Source: an uncultured Phycisphaeraceae bacterium (GTDB taxonomy: Bacteria > Planctomycetota > Phycisphaerae > Phycisphaerales > UBA1924). Taken from it: 64,000 bases of DNA. The stretch spans positions 20,853-84,852 of the forward strand of contig CAYPEI010000009.1 in assembly GCA_964409775.1 (NCBI GenBank). The letters are read 5' to 3'. Below, piece after piece: positions 37,120 through 46,923 of this stretch (positions within the stretch are counted from its first letter, which is position 1; each line of letters opens with the position of its first letter). A program made the translations under genes and the position numbers. Under the pieces are notes generated by a model, which made no database searches, was not told the DNA's origin, and worked only from the letters and a program-made list of their open reading frames with translations.

Positions 37120-37512
37120 ATGATGAAACTGCTGTCCATCTTCCTCGCGGCGGGCGTGGGCGGCTTGCTGCGCTACGGCGTGGGCGGGGTTGTTCAGAAC
37201 TGGTTTGGCCCCACGTTTCCCTTCGGCACTCTCGTCGTCAACATCGTCGGTTGCCTGGCGATGGGGTTCCTCGCCACGGCTTGGAACGGGCCCGTGCTCG
37301 TCCGCGAGGACACCCGGGCCGCGATTCTCGTCGGCCTGCTCGGGGGCTTCACAACGTTCTCGGCGTTTGCGCGTGAGACACTGGCGCTGGCTGACGACGG
37401 GGAATGGGGCCGGGCGGGCCTGAATGTTCTGGGCAGCGTTGCGCTCAGTCTCATCGCGGTCTGGATCGGCGCGATCGTCGCCACGCGTCTTTACGGCACA
37501 GGTGCACCATGA
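37120..37512 (+). CDS. crcB: Fluoride channel CrcB/FluC
   Basis: GGLLRY, FPFGTLVVNIVGCLAMGF, GLLGGFTTFSAF, and four TM helices in about 130 aa. Confidence 0.9.
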   Translation: MMKLLSIFLAAGVGGLLRYGVGGVVQNWFGPTFPFGTLVVNIVGCLAMGFLATAWNGPVLVREDTRAAILVGLLGGFTTFSAFARETLALADDGEWGRAGLNVLGSVALSLIAVWIGAIVATRLYGTGAP

Positions 37513-37889
37513 ACAGCGGCCTTGCACAAGGCGTGTTTCCCACCCCGATTCCCGCGCAGCGCGTGACGATCTACATCGGCGAGTCGGCTCGATGGTCGGG
37601 ACCACCCTCGCTCCCGCTCTACGAGGCGATCGTTCTCAAGGCCCGCGAACTTCACCTTGCGGGGGCGACGGTATTCCGGGGGCCGATGGGATTCGGCGCT
37701 CACAGCCGGATCCACACCGCGAAGATCTTGCGGCTCAGCGAGGACCTGCCGATGGTCGTTCAGATCGTCGATACGCGCGAGCGGATTGACGCCTTTCTCC
37801 CGCACCTGCATGCGATGGTCAAGCACGGGCTGGTGACGATCGAGGATGTGCGGGTTGCGATCCACAGCCCATCGGGCGCGGCACCTTGA
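37509..37889 (+). CDS. DUF190 domain protein (the usual crcB partner)
   Basis: RVTIYIGESARW...PLYEAIVLKARELHLAGATVFRGPMGFG...PMVVQIVD. ATGA overlap with the crcB stop. Confidence 0.85.
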   Translation: MNSGLAQGVFPTPIPAQRVTIYIGESARWSGPPSLPLYEAIVLKARELHLAGATVFRGPMGFGAHSRIHTAKILRLSEDLPMVVQIVDTRERIDAFLPHLHAMVKHGLVTIEDVRVAIHSPSGAAP

Positions 37890-37908
37890 GTCTGTCCGGA
37901 TCGATGCG

Positions 37909-39150
37909 CTATTGACCGAGCGCTCTGAGCACGACGGTCGCGTACGCACCGCGCGGCAGGTCGAAGCACACATCGACTTTTCGCAGGCCGCGCTGGGAGA
38001 GTTCGTCGGTTTCGGCGGGCGCAATCCGGACGCCTCTCGCCTCGACGAAGAGGGACCGGAGGGCTTCTCCGAAATACGGCCGCCTCAGCCCCGGAATCTT
38101 CAGTTCTGAGAGGGCGATTTTCTCGGCCGCGAGCACTGCTTCGAGGTCTTCCCGCCACGGGTCACGTGCGATCGATTCGGGGGCGAGAAGCGGCAGTTGC
38201 AGGTGGCGGAGTTCGTCGCTCACGGCCGCGAACGCGGGGAAGAGCATCTTGCCGAACTCGTCATCAGCCTGCAGCATCGACGATGCCGGCGTGGCTCTTC
38301 GAACGATCCGGCGCGCCAGTTCGTTCCATAGGTGCGACTGGTAAGCCTCGACGTATAACTGCTGCAGAAAGTACGGCAGGGCGACGAACGCCTCGCGGAA
38401 GCCGCGGTCGTCGATCGGCTCGCTGCGGCGCGAGGCCATGAAGGCGAGCCGTTCAATGGCTTTCTTTTCCGGGCATCGCGGCAGTTCCTTCGCCAGGCGG
38501 CCCCACTCGCCCCACCCTGAGGCGAGCATTCTGGTGAACGTCCGGGTTACGCCGGTGTCCTTTCGGCTGGGGGTTCCGATCGCCAGCCGGAGGGCTTGCT
38601 CGAAGCGGCCGGCGATCAACTCCTTGGCGATCCAGCCCTCGCCGTGACGGGCGGAGCCGAACCGCTGGGCGCCGAAGTAGTTCACGATGGAGAGCGATCC
38701 TCGCCCGGTTCCGAGCAGTGACGCCCTGAACCGGATGGCGGCCTCGTCCTCGGGGCGCACATCGCGAACGACGATTCGAAATCGGTTGCCCTCGAGTTCA
38801 GCGGCGGTGATGGGCTGTGCGGACCATCCTTGGAGTGCTGCCGACCACTTTGGCCCGGCGGTTTCCTTCGGGAGCAGTGCGGCATCGGCGACCGTGGGAA
38901 CGGACACGGTGACCAACTGAACCGTTCGCGCGTGCTTGTCCTTCAGCCCAGCGTATTCGACGGCGGCGTTCCGTACGTTCAAAGCCGACGCGAGCATCTG
39001 TGCCGCGTGCGGGGTCGTCAACTGCGTCTTTTCGAGCCGGAACACGCCGTGCTGGTTGCCGATGGAGGGAGATGGCCGCAGCCCGCTCAGAAACTCCGGG
39101 GTGGCCAACTCTTCGACCAGAAAGTCCTCGGGCGTTCGCCGCAGCGTCAT
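37909..39150 (-). CDS. truD: tRNA pseudouridine(13) synthase TruD
   Basis: EDFLVEE, YAGLKDKHARTVQ, NYFGAQRFG. Confidence 0.9.
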   Translation of the reverse strand: MTLRRTPEDFLVEELATPEFLSGLRPSPSIGNQHGVFRLEKTQLTTPHAAQMLASALNVRNAAVEYAGLKDKHARTVQLVTVSVPTVADAALLPKETAGPKWSAALQGWSAQPITAAELEGNRFRIVVRDVRPEDEAAIRFRASLLGTGRGSLSIVNYFGAQRFGSARHGEGWIAKELIAGRFEQALRLAIGTPSRKDTGVTRTFTRMLASGWGEWGRLAKELPRCPEKKAIERLAFMASRRSEPIDDRGFREAFVALPYFLQQLYVEAYQSHLWNELARRIVRRATPASSMLQADDEFGKMLFPAFAAVSDELRHLQLPLLAPESIARDPWREDLEAVLAAEKIALSELKIPGLRRPYFGEALRSLFVEARGVRIAPAETDELSQRGLRKVDVCFDLPRGAYATVVLRALGQ

Positions 39151-39183
39151 GGGGCCGATCGTAGACGCGCTGTGCCCGAAAAC

Positions 39184-41598
39184 TCAGCGGCGGCCTCGGC
39201 TCGACGCTTTCTGGGAGGGAGACTTCGGCGGCTTGGGAGCCTGCCCGGAAAGGGCGGAGGTGATCGCCGCGGTTTCCTGTTGAGCAGTCTGATCGCCGGG
39301 AACGAGCCATGCGGTGGGCGCATCGCCCTCGTGTCGGCCGAACCACACGATGGCTGCGGTCTCCGGGTGATCGTGAAGCCACGCCCGGATGGTTGCTTCG
39401 GACGTTGAAGTCTGGAAGGGCGCGACGCCGACGGCGTTGCGCAGTTCGGCGACGGTCTCGCCTTCGGCGGGGTCTGAGGAATCGCTCAACGCTCCGACGA
39501 TGGAGAACCCGAGCCCGCCCAGCCGGGAGAGCGCCTGCTCGATGGCTCCGCGGTTGGGCTCCTGGAAACTCACCGGATCGCGGAGCACAACGATGCGCCG
39601 TCCGCCGGCTTCGACGGCCGCCGATGCGACCGCAGCGGCCGGGGAGACGGAGTCGGAGTCGCCGGTGGCAACGGCGAGGCGCACAGACGATCCGGCCAGA
39701 ACAGCGGAATCGAGTTGCGCGGTCTGCTCGGAGGGCGTCGCGGCTCTCGTGGTGCTGAGTCGGTACATGCTGAGCGTGAAGAGGCCGCAGGCGGCGAGGA
39801 AGACGAGGACGGCGATCCCCACGCCAAGATTCAAACCAACATTCGGTCCCTGGCGCAGCCCGGAGATGCGCTGAGCCGCTCGCGCCCGCGCATCCCGGGC
39901 TCGACTCCTGGCGCGGACGAGTTGCTCCGCAGCGCTCGAGGCCGGGTTGCGCGGGATGGGCGGAACCTGGGGAGGGATCGGCGGCGCCGGCATGGGTGCA
40001 TCGTGCTCGATGTGGTACTTGCCGGACCACCAGTTGGTCACGCGGATGCGGGGCTTTCCGCCCTGGGACGCGGCGACTCCCGCAGCCGCCGCGGCGGCCC
40101 CGCCGGCATGCTGGGCGCCCTGATGCACGGAACCGAACGCTGAGTCGACGTATTCACCGACCTGGCCGAGCACGGACGCGACAGGCCCGGGCTTCCTGCC
40201 GAAGGAAGGGGCGGCGCCGACGGATGCGGCCGCGGCTCCGGCGGCAGGGCCCGCAGCGCCTTCCCAGGCATGCTGGTCCGCCGCGCCGTGGTGGCTGGCC
40301 TCGCTGCCGCGCATGCTGGGGAGCGCGAAGGGCTTGACCGCGAAAGGATCATCGGCGCGGCACACGGTCTCGATGTCTTCGAGCATCTGCGCGGCCGACT
40401 CGTACCGCTTGTCGTAGTCGGTCATGGCGCGCCGGACGATCCAGCGGAGCGCTTCGGGGCAGGGCTTGGTGATCTGGGAGAGGCCGCCGTGTGCCGGGAA
40501 ACTGTTCTCGATCATGGAGTAGAGCACCGCGCCCGCGGCGTAGATGTCAAACTTGGCGCCGTCGACCTCGTGGACCTTCACGCCGCGCAGCGCCATGCGG
40601 ACCATCTCGGGGTCGCGGAAGTACTCGGTGCCGTGGGTCGTGAGCGTCATGCTGGAGCGGAGCGGCGTAACCAGACCGAAATCGACCAGGTGCGCCTGTC
40701 CGTTCGCGACGATGATGTTGTCGGGCTTGACATCTTTGTGCCAGAGCCCGCCCTCGTGATAGTGGGTCAAGGTGCGGAGGAGATCGGTGGCGTAGCCGCA
40801 CACGACGCGCAACTGCTCGCGGCCCAGGGCGCCGCCCGCGCCGGCGTGCAGAGCCTGGGTGGTCACGCCCAGGGACTCTCCCGGGACGTAACGGGTGACG
40901 TAGAAGAACCGCTCCTCGGTGAGGTCGTGCTCGAGGATCAACCCCAGGCGCTTGGCGGCGGGGAGGGCACGGTTCTCGCGGACGATTTGCGGGAGGGTGC
41001 TGCCGTCGGCGAGCGAGAAACTCTTGATGACCACGCGGCCGACGGACTGCTGGCCCTGGCGCGCAAACGCGGCGAGTTTCTCGGGGGTCGGCTCGGCGAT
41101 GTAGAGCCTGCCGCCCGAGCCACCGCCGGGCAGCGACCCGACAATGGTGTAGCCCTCGAACTGCCCGTGACGCCTGCCGGGACGGTCGGGGCCGGGTGCG
41201 GCGGCGACGGCCTCGGGGATCCGCTTCTCCAGCCCCTCGGTGAGGGGCGTGAGGCAGAGCAAGCGGGCAGGATGCCCGATCGCGATTCGGTAGAGCGATC
41301 GACCGATCGCGATTCCTTCGTTCTGCAGGGCACGCCCGTAATGGGCGGAGGCAGACCAGCGTCCGATCAGCACGTTGAGGACGGTCAGGGGGATGAACAC
41401 GACACTGGTGACCAACGCTCCGAGGATGCGGAGCACATCACCGATCTCGCCGGTGATGAAGTTGAAGAACTGCATGAACAGCCAGCCGATGCCCTTGCAG
41501 GCGGGCACGATCAGATAGACGATCGCGAAGATCGCGAACGGGACCGCGATGATCCCTGCGAGAATGAGGAACACGATTGCAGCAGGCGCCATGTTCAT
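39184..41598 (-). CDS. Membrane-bound Ser/Thr protein kinase (Hanks type)
   Basis: N-terminal TM helices are followed by the kinase core (GGGSGGRLYIA, VVIKSF, HKDVKPDNIIV, DFGLV, GTEYFRDPE). A Pro/Ala-rich linker, a further TM helix and a ~190-aa C-terminal domain follow. Confidence 0.9.
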   Translation of the reverse strand: MNMAPAAIVFLILAGIIAVPFAIFAIVYLIVPACKGIGWLFMQFFNFITGEIGDVLRILGALVTSVVFIPLTVLNVLIGRWSASAHYGRALQNEGIAIGRSLYRIAIGHPARLLCLTPLTEGLEKRIPEAVAAAPGPDRPGRRHGQFEGYTIVGSLPGGGSGGRLYIAEPTPEKLAAFARQGQQSVGRVVIKSFSLADGSTLPQIVRENRALPAAKRLGLILEHDLTEERFFYVTRYVPGESLGVTTQALHAGAGGALGREQLRVVCGYATDLLRTLTHYHEGGLWHKDVKPDNIIVANGQAHLVDFGLVTPLRSSMTLTTHGTEYFRDPEMVRMALRGVKVHEVDGAKFDIYAAGAVLYSMIENSFPAHGGLSQITKPCPEALRWIVRRAMTDYDKRYESAAQMLEDIETVCRADDPFAVKPFALPSMRGSEASHHGAADQHAWEGAAGPAAGAAAASVGAAPSFGRKPGPVASVLGQVGEYVDSAFGSVHQGAQHAGGAAAAAAGVAASQGGKPRIRVTNWWSGKYHIEHDAPMPAPPIPPQVPPIPRNPASSAAEQLVRARSRARDARARAAQRISGLRQGPNVGLNLGVGIAVLVFLAACGLFTLSMYRLSTTRAATPSEQTAQLDSAVLAGSSVRLAVATGDSDSVSPAAAVASAAVEAGGRRIVVLRDPVSFQEPNRGAIEQALSRLGGLGFSIVGALSDSSDPAEGETVAELRNAVGVAPFQTSTSEATIRAWLHDHPETAAIVWFGRHEGDAPTAWLVPGDQTAQQETAAITSALSGQAPKPPKSPSQKASSRGRR

Positions 41599-41716
41599 CG
41601 TCCTTTTCCCTGCGTCCGACGGCTCGCGAACCCGCGGCCGACCCGGCCCGCTCCGACTCTCTCACCCGTTTGGCACGCGACTGATGCGCCACGGGACCCG
41701 GGAAGCTGGCGCGGCG

Positions 41717-42469
41717 TCAGGCGTGCGTGCGTGCGCGATCCATTGACCGCAGTTCGACCTGCCTCCGGTAGATGTCGGCGATGGCCTCGTCAAAGAGGGT
41801 GTCATCGGGCTTCATGGGATTTGGCGCGAGTCCGTTTCGGGCCGGCTCGGCGCGTTCGTCGTCGGTGAACGAGTAGGTGGCGATGACGTCCTCCAGCCGC
41901 GAACGGAGAGAGTCGCGGACTTTGGCCAGCCTCCGGCTCACCGTCGGCTCGCTGATGCCGAGGGAGCCGGCGACGTCCTTGCCGGGCATTCCGTCGAGCA
42001 CCCGCATTCGGTAGATCGAGAAGTCGGTGAAGTCGCAGGACCGCTCGACGAGTCGTATGGCCGCTTCGACCTTTGCGCGGAACACGGCCGCCTCGTACTC
42101 GGCATCCGCCCCGGCCTGGCCGGAGGCGATCATCCAGGACTCGTCGAGTTCGGCGGCCCGCTTGTTGGAGCCTCGCTTCTGCGCGTTTCGCTTGTCCATT
42201 TCATCGCCGAGGACATGCTTGGCGATTGCGAGGAGCCAGGTGGAGAAGCGGGCGCCGCGGGCAGGGTCGTAACGGTCGATGGAGTCGGAGAGCGCGGCGA
42301 GGGTTTCCTGGGAGAGATCGCGGACGGTCTCGGGGCCGATCCGGCCCTTGCCCCACTTGGTCAGTTGGGCCCGGAGCACGGGCCCGAAGGTCTCCCACAG
42401 GTCGAACCACGCGGCCTGGTCGCGGGCGCGCAGCCTGGAGATGAAGCCGGTGGTGAGCGAGTTCAACAT
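41717..42469 (-). CDS. ECF-type sigma factor with a non-canonical region 2.2 (TVRD instead of DAED), upstream of the Ser/Thr kinase
   Basis: Region 2 is ETVRDLSQETLAAL...FSTWLLAIAKHV. Region 4 is YRMRVLDGMPGKDVAGSLGISEPTVSRRLAKVRDSL. The start is taken at MLNSL (ATG 42469). Confidence 0.85.
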   Translation of the reverse strand: MLNSLTTGFISRLRARDQAAWFDLWETFGPVLRAQLTKWGKGRIGPETVRDLSQETLAALSDSIDRYDPARGARFSTWLLAIAKHVLGDEMDKRNAQKRGSNKRAAELDESWMIASGQAGADAEYEAAVFRAKVEAAIRLVERSCDFTDFSIYRMRVLDGMPGKDVAGSLGISEPTVSRRLAKVRDSLRSRLEDVIATYSFTDDERAEPARNGLAPNPMKPDDTLFDEAIADIYRRQVELRSMDRARTHA

Positions 42470-42831
42470 GGATCTTCCCTGAGTCTGCCCACCCGCCAGC
42501 CCGACCGGCCCCTCCGTTCCCGGGTGTTCGAGCACCCGAGACGTCCCTTGAGGGCCGGAACGCCTTCCGCGCATGGATTGTTACGCGTTCGAGACCCCGG
42601 GTTTCGGGAAAAGCCGCGGATCGGCGGGGCATGGCTGCTTGAGCGGCTCACGGGGCGGGTTTGCGGACCTGATCTGAAAGCCAAGCCCGGGGCGTGAAAC
42701 TCGCCCGGGCAGGCTCCCAACAAGTCTGGCTGACACATTCCATGCCGGGCCGGGGCAGACACACGCGGGACCCACGGCCGGCGGAACCCGCGGGCGCCCG
42801 GGCAGGGGCCGAGCCGTAAGGAGGACCACAC

Positions 42832-43836
42832 ATGGCCTGCATCGCAAGGAACTTTGTTCGCATCGCAGTCATCACCGGCGCCGTGGGCGCCCTGGGCATC
42901 GGCGCGGCGACTCTTGTCGCCGGGCCGGACCGGGTCGGGGCGTTCTTCACCCAGACCCGCTCCTGCATCAACGCCAAGATCGACGCCCAGATCACGGACC
43001 CAGTCGCTCTGCGGGCCCAACTTCGGGACCTGCAGGCGCAGTACCCCGAACGAATCGGGCAGGTGCGTTCGGACCTCGCCCAACTGCGCGAGCAGCGGGC
43101 GCAACTCGAGCGGGATCTTGCGGTGTCCAACCGCGTTGTGGCGCTGGCCGACCAGGACAGCGACAAACTGACGGCTGCTCTCGACCATGCCCAGTCGGCG
43201 ACGGTGACCAACGTCGCCCTGGGAGTGGAGCACGAGATCGTCATCGTGTTCCGCAACGAGCGGATCAACCTCGAGGCCGCGAGCACCAAACTGAACCAGG
43301 TGACCGCCACCCGGAACGCGTACGCATCGCGGGCAGCGGACATCCAGCGCGACCTGGGCTATCTCTCGCAGCAGGAAACCCAGTTGGGGACACTGCTGGG
43401 CAAACTCGAGACCGAGCAGACGTCGTTCCAGACGCAGTTGTTCGATCTTGACCGTCAGATCGACGCTATCGCCCGCAACGACCGCATGATCGACGTCATG
43501 GCCAGCCGCCAGCGGACGCTGGACGAGCAGTCGCGGTATCGCGCCGCGAGCCTCGACCAGATCAACGGCAAACTCGCCGACATCCGGGCCAAGCAGGAGG
43601 CCCGGCTGGCATCGCTGTCGGCCGTCGCCGAGCACTTCTCGTACGAGGACGCGGCCAAGAGCCAACTCGACCGCGAAGGCGCCGGCACCTCAACCCGGAA
43701 GGTGCAGAAGGCGCTGCCGAAGGCGCCCCCGACGGTTATCGAGATCAACCCGGACACCCTTCCTGCCGGACCTTCGGCCCCGAGCGGCGGGCCCGGCAAG
43801 GACGGCAGCGTCGCCTCGACTGCCGGAAACCGATGA
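42832..43836 (+). CDS. Membrane-anchored coiled-coil protein (PspA/IM30-like N-terminal pattern, tentative)
   Basis: AAGGAGGA lies before ATG 42832. One N-terminal TM helix. INAKIDAQITDPVALRAQLRDLQ resembles the PspA N-terminus, and long heptad-like Q/L/R/E stretches follow. Confidence 0.7.
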   Translation: MACIARNFVRIAVITGAVGALGIGAATLVAGPDRVGAFFTQTRSCINAKIDAQITDPVALRAQLRDLQAQYPERIGQVRSDLAQLREQRAQLERDLAVSNRVVALADQDSDKLTAALDHAQSATVTNVALGVEHEIVIVFRNERINLEAASTKLNQVTATRNAYASRAADIQRDLGYLSQQETQLGTLLGKLETEQTSFQTQLFDLDRQIDAIARNDRMIDVMASRQRTLDEQSRYRAASLDQINGKLADIRAKQEARLASLSAVAEHFSYEDAAKSQLDREGAGTSTRKVQKALPKAPPTVIEINPDTLPAGPSAPSGGPGKDGSVASTAGNR

Positions 43837-43899
43837 ATCTCCGCCGGTCCGGCCGGGAGCAGTCCCGCCGGGCCGGCTCCACGATTGGATAGCTTCCCG

Positions 43900-43938
43900 G
43901 CCGCCGCGGTCCCCTTCCCCGGGAACGCGGCGGCTTTT
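43900..43938 (+). terminator. Candidate terminator hairpin after the coiled-coil gene
   Basis: Stem gccgccgcg / cgcggcggc with a long 17-nt loop, followed by tttt. Confidence 0.45.
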
Positions 43939-44179
43939 CCATTCGGCCCGGACGAGAGCAAGCACCCGGCAGTCGGCTCCCAAAGGGAGGCATTTCTGTC
44001 CCGTTGTGCGGATTCCGTCCTGATCTCCGTCGGGAAACTGGCGAAATGCTCCCGAGACCCATAATCTCATGCGTCCCGGATTGCCGATCACTACGGCGAC
44101 TGGGGCTGGCAAGGGGGGAGGGCTTTCGCCGGGACGGGTCCGGCATGCCGTCAGGCATTGACGCGAGGCACACCGAACC

Positions 44180-45229
44180 TTGTTCCTGGATCGCTTGCTA
44201 GGTCTGGTCAGCGTGGACATGGGCATCGACCTGGGTACGTGCAATACCCTCGTCGCGGTCCGCGGCGAAGGCATCGTCCTCAACGAGCCGAGCGTGGTGG
44301 CTGTCTGGAAGGGCACCAACCGCGTCCTCAAGAACGGCGAGGCCGTGGGCTGGGTGGCCAAGGAAATGCTGGGCAAGACGCCCGGGACCATCACCGCGAT
44401 CCGTCCCCTCAAGGACGGCGTGATCTCGGACTTCGAGATCACCGAGGCGATGCTGGGCTACTTCATCCGCAAGGTGAACGGCAAGAACCGGCTGGTCGGT
44501 CCGCGCGTGGTGATCTCCATCCCCTCGGGAATCACGGCCGTGGAGAAACGCGCCGTCTTCGACTCCGCGGAGCGGGCCGGTGCGAGGCGCACCTATCTGA
44601 TCGAGGAGCCCATCGCCGCGGCCATCGGGGCGGGGCTGCCCTTTGCCGAGCCGACTGCCTCGGCGATTGTCGACATCGGCGGCGGCACGACCGAGGTCGC
44701 CGTGATGTCGCTGGGTGATATCGCCGTCTGTGAGTCCGTGCGCGTCGCGGGCGACGACATGGACGAGGCGATCATCAATCACATGAAGAAGACCTACAAC
44801 CTGATGATCGGCGAGCAGACGGCCGAGCGCATCAAGATCGATGTCGGCTCCGCCGCGCCCGTCGGCGACGAGACCAGCCTCGATGTCCGCGGCCGCGACA
44901 TGATCTCGGGCCTCCCCAGGAAGACGATCATCACCAGCGAGGAGATTCGCGAGGCCCTGCAGGAACCGGTCAATGCCATCATCGAGGCCGTGACCAGGAC
45001 GCTGGAGCGGTGCGAGCCCGAACTCGCGGCCGACCTGGTCGAGAACGGCATCATGCTCGCGGGAGGCGGCGCGCTGCTCCGCGGCATGGACAGGGTCCTT
45101 TCCAACGCCACCGGGCTCGAGGTCCGCATCGCTGAGGACCCTCTCACCTGTGTCGCCCGCGGCACGGCCATCTACCTCGAGCACATCGAGGAGTGGAAGT
45201 CCACGCTCGAGAACGACATGGAAGGCTGA
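44180..45229 (+). CDS. mreB: Rod-shape determining actin homologue MreB
   Basis: MGIDLGTCNTLV, NEPSVVA, DIGGGTTEVAV, LAGGGALLRG. The TTG start at 44180 gives the usual ~13-aa N-terminal amphipathic segment. Confidence 0.95.
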   Translation: MFLDRLLGLVSVDMGIDLGTCNTLVAVRGEGIVLNEPSVVAVWKGTNRVLKNGEAVGWVAKEMLGKTPGTITAIRPLKDGVISDFEITEAMLGYFIRKVNGKNRLVGPRVVISIPSGITAVEKRAVFDSAERAGARRTYLIEEPIAAAIGAGLPFAEPTASAIVDIGGGTTEVAVMSLGDIAVCESVRVAGDDMDEAIINHMKKTYNLMIGEQTAERIKIDVGSAAPVGDETSLDVRGRDMISGLPRKTIITSEEIREALQEPVNAIIEAVTRTLERCEPELAADLVENGIMLAGGGALLRGMDRVLSNATGLEVRIAEDPLTCVARGTAIYLEHIEEWKSTLENDMEG

Positions 45230-45410
45230 GTCGCGGTTCGTCCCGTCGCCCATTCAACCTGGTTGCGTCCGGAGCAGCGTGAGCCCCGACGCTCGGGCTG
45301 ATCGCCCCACGAACGCCGGATTGCCGGGTGTGGTAGGCTACCCCTGTGTCAACTGACGCCGGGCTTCGCTTCTGCTGCTCCATCGCTCCAATCGGTCTGC
45401 CGCATTTTCC

Positions 45411-46346
45411 ATGTCCCGTCGCTGGATCAACTCCCGGAACGGCCTGACCTTCGCGGTTCTCGCGATGGTCGTCTTGGCCTTCGCGCCGCCAAGGCTTGCG
45501 GGCTGGGTGAGCGCGTTTTCCAACCCGGTGCGGACGGTGCTGGCGCCGCTGGCCCGACCCTTTGAGTTTCTTCTGGGGCTGCGACTCTCGGACCGGCAAC
45601 TGTCGCCGAACGAGAGCGAGACGCTCAGCCTCATGCGTCAGGAGCGCGACGGGTACCTCCGCGAAGTGAACCAACTGCGGTCGGAGAACGATGAGTTGCG
45701 CCGCGTGATCGCGGAACTGCAGCAGGGCCTGGACCTGAACCCCAACATCCCGGTACGCCAGTTTCAGGCGCCGGTCATCGGCTCATCGATGGAACTCTCA
45801 TCCCGCGTCCTCACGGTCCGGGCGGGGGTTCGCGAGGGCGTCGAGCCGAGCGCCTCGGTCGCGGTGATCCGCGGGGTGCATCTCGTGGGTCGGGTTGTCG
45901 GCCAGCCGGCATCGAGATTCTGCTCGGTCCTCCCGTTCACCGATCGCTCGGCCGGTCCGATCCAGGGCGTGGTGATGCTGGGCGCGACGCAGTTTGGCCC
46001 GGCGTGCTTCCTGCAGCCCGCGGGCGACGGCACGATGGTGGGCCGCCTGCGGACCGAGCCGATCCAGTTGCCGACCGGCGCGGCATCCGCCGCTCTTGAT
46101 CCGGCGGCGGGCGATGCGACCGGGGGTGTGCGTCCCGGGATGGTCGTTCGGCTGGCCGACGAAGCATGGCCGCAGAGCGCGCAGATGCTCGAGATCGGCA
46201 TCGTCGAACGCGTGGAGACTCCACCTGAGGACATTCGCATTCGCTCGGTCATCGTCCGGCCGAAGTTCCGGATCGATCGCGTCAGCGAAGTGACGCTGCG
46301 CGTCCCGGCACCGTCGGGGGCCAGCCCTGCAGGGGGTGCACGATGA
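45411..46346 (+). CDS. mreC: Rod-shape determining protein MreC
   Basis: Its position directly after mreB, an N-terminal TM helix, the coiled coil LRSENDELRRVIAELQ, and beta-rich C-terminal domains. Confidence 0.85.
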   Translation: MSRRWINSRNGLTFAVLAMVVLAFAPPRLAGWVSAFSNPVRTVLAPLARPFEFLLGLRLSDRQLSPNESETLSLMRQERDGYLREVNQLRSENDELRRVIAELQQGLDLNPNIPVRQFQAPVIGSSMELSSRVLTVRAGVREGVEPSASVAVIRGVHLVGRVVGQPASRFCSVLPFTDRSAGPIQGVVMLGATQFGPACFLQPAGDGTMVGRLRTEPIQLPTGAASAALDPAAGDATGGVRPGMVVRLADEAWPQSAQMLEIGIVERVETPPEDIRIRSVIVRPKFRIDRVSEVTLRVPAPSGASPAGGAR

Positions 46347-46906
46347 GGTGGACCCTCGTGCTTCTTGTCGCGGCGATTCTGCTCGGCCTTGAGCAGGCGG
46401 TCAAGGGGCCGCTGGCTGTCGGGTCCACCTCCATCGCACCTTCGTTTGTGATACCGCTCGTGGTCTTTGTCGCGCTGTTTGCCCCCCCACTCGCGGCCCT
46501 CTGGACCGCCCTGCTCATCGGTTTGACGGTCGACCTCTCAACGGTCTGGAGCAACGGCGTGAACGATCTGGTCGTCGCCGGGCCCAGCGCCCTGGGCTAC
46601 CTCGCCGGCGCCTATTTCGTTCTGACGGTTCGCGCCCTGCTCTACCGCCGCAATCCGATCACGCTGATGGCCATGTCGGTCGCCGCGGCGGCACTCGCCG
46701 GGCTCGTGTTTGTCGCCATCCATTCCATCCGCATGATGTATTCAGACGCGTATCAGTTCGCCGGTCTGACCGAGTTGGGTCATCGGCTGCTCGCGTCGGT
46801 CTACACGGGCGGCGTGGGCCTGCTGCTGGCGTTCGTGCTCTTTCCGATGATGCCCCTGTTCGGGTTCCACGACCCGCGGGAGCGCCGGTTCGGAGCGAGG
46901 AAGTAG
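46343..46906 (+). CDS. mreD: Rod-shape determining protein MreD
   Basis: ATGA overlap with mreC. A ~187-aa polytopic membrane protein in the conserved mreBCD position. Confidence 0.75.
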   Translation: MRWTLVLLVAAILLGLEQAVKGPLAVGSTSIAPSFVIPLVVFVALFAPPLAALWTALLIGLTVDLSTVWSNGVNDLVVAGPSALGYLAGAYFVLTVRALLYRRNPITLMAMSVAAAALAGLVFVAIHSIRMMYSDAYQFAGLTELGHRLLASVYTGGVGLLLAFVLFPMMPLFGFHDPRERRFGARK

Positions 46907-46923
46907 CCGATACACTGCGTCGC

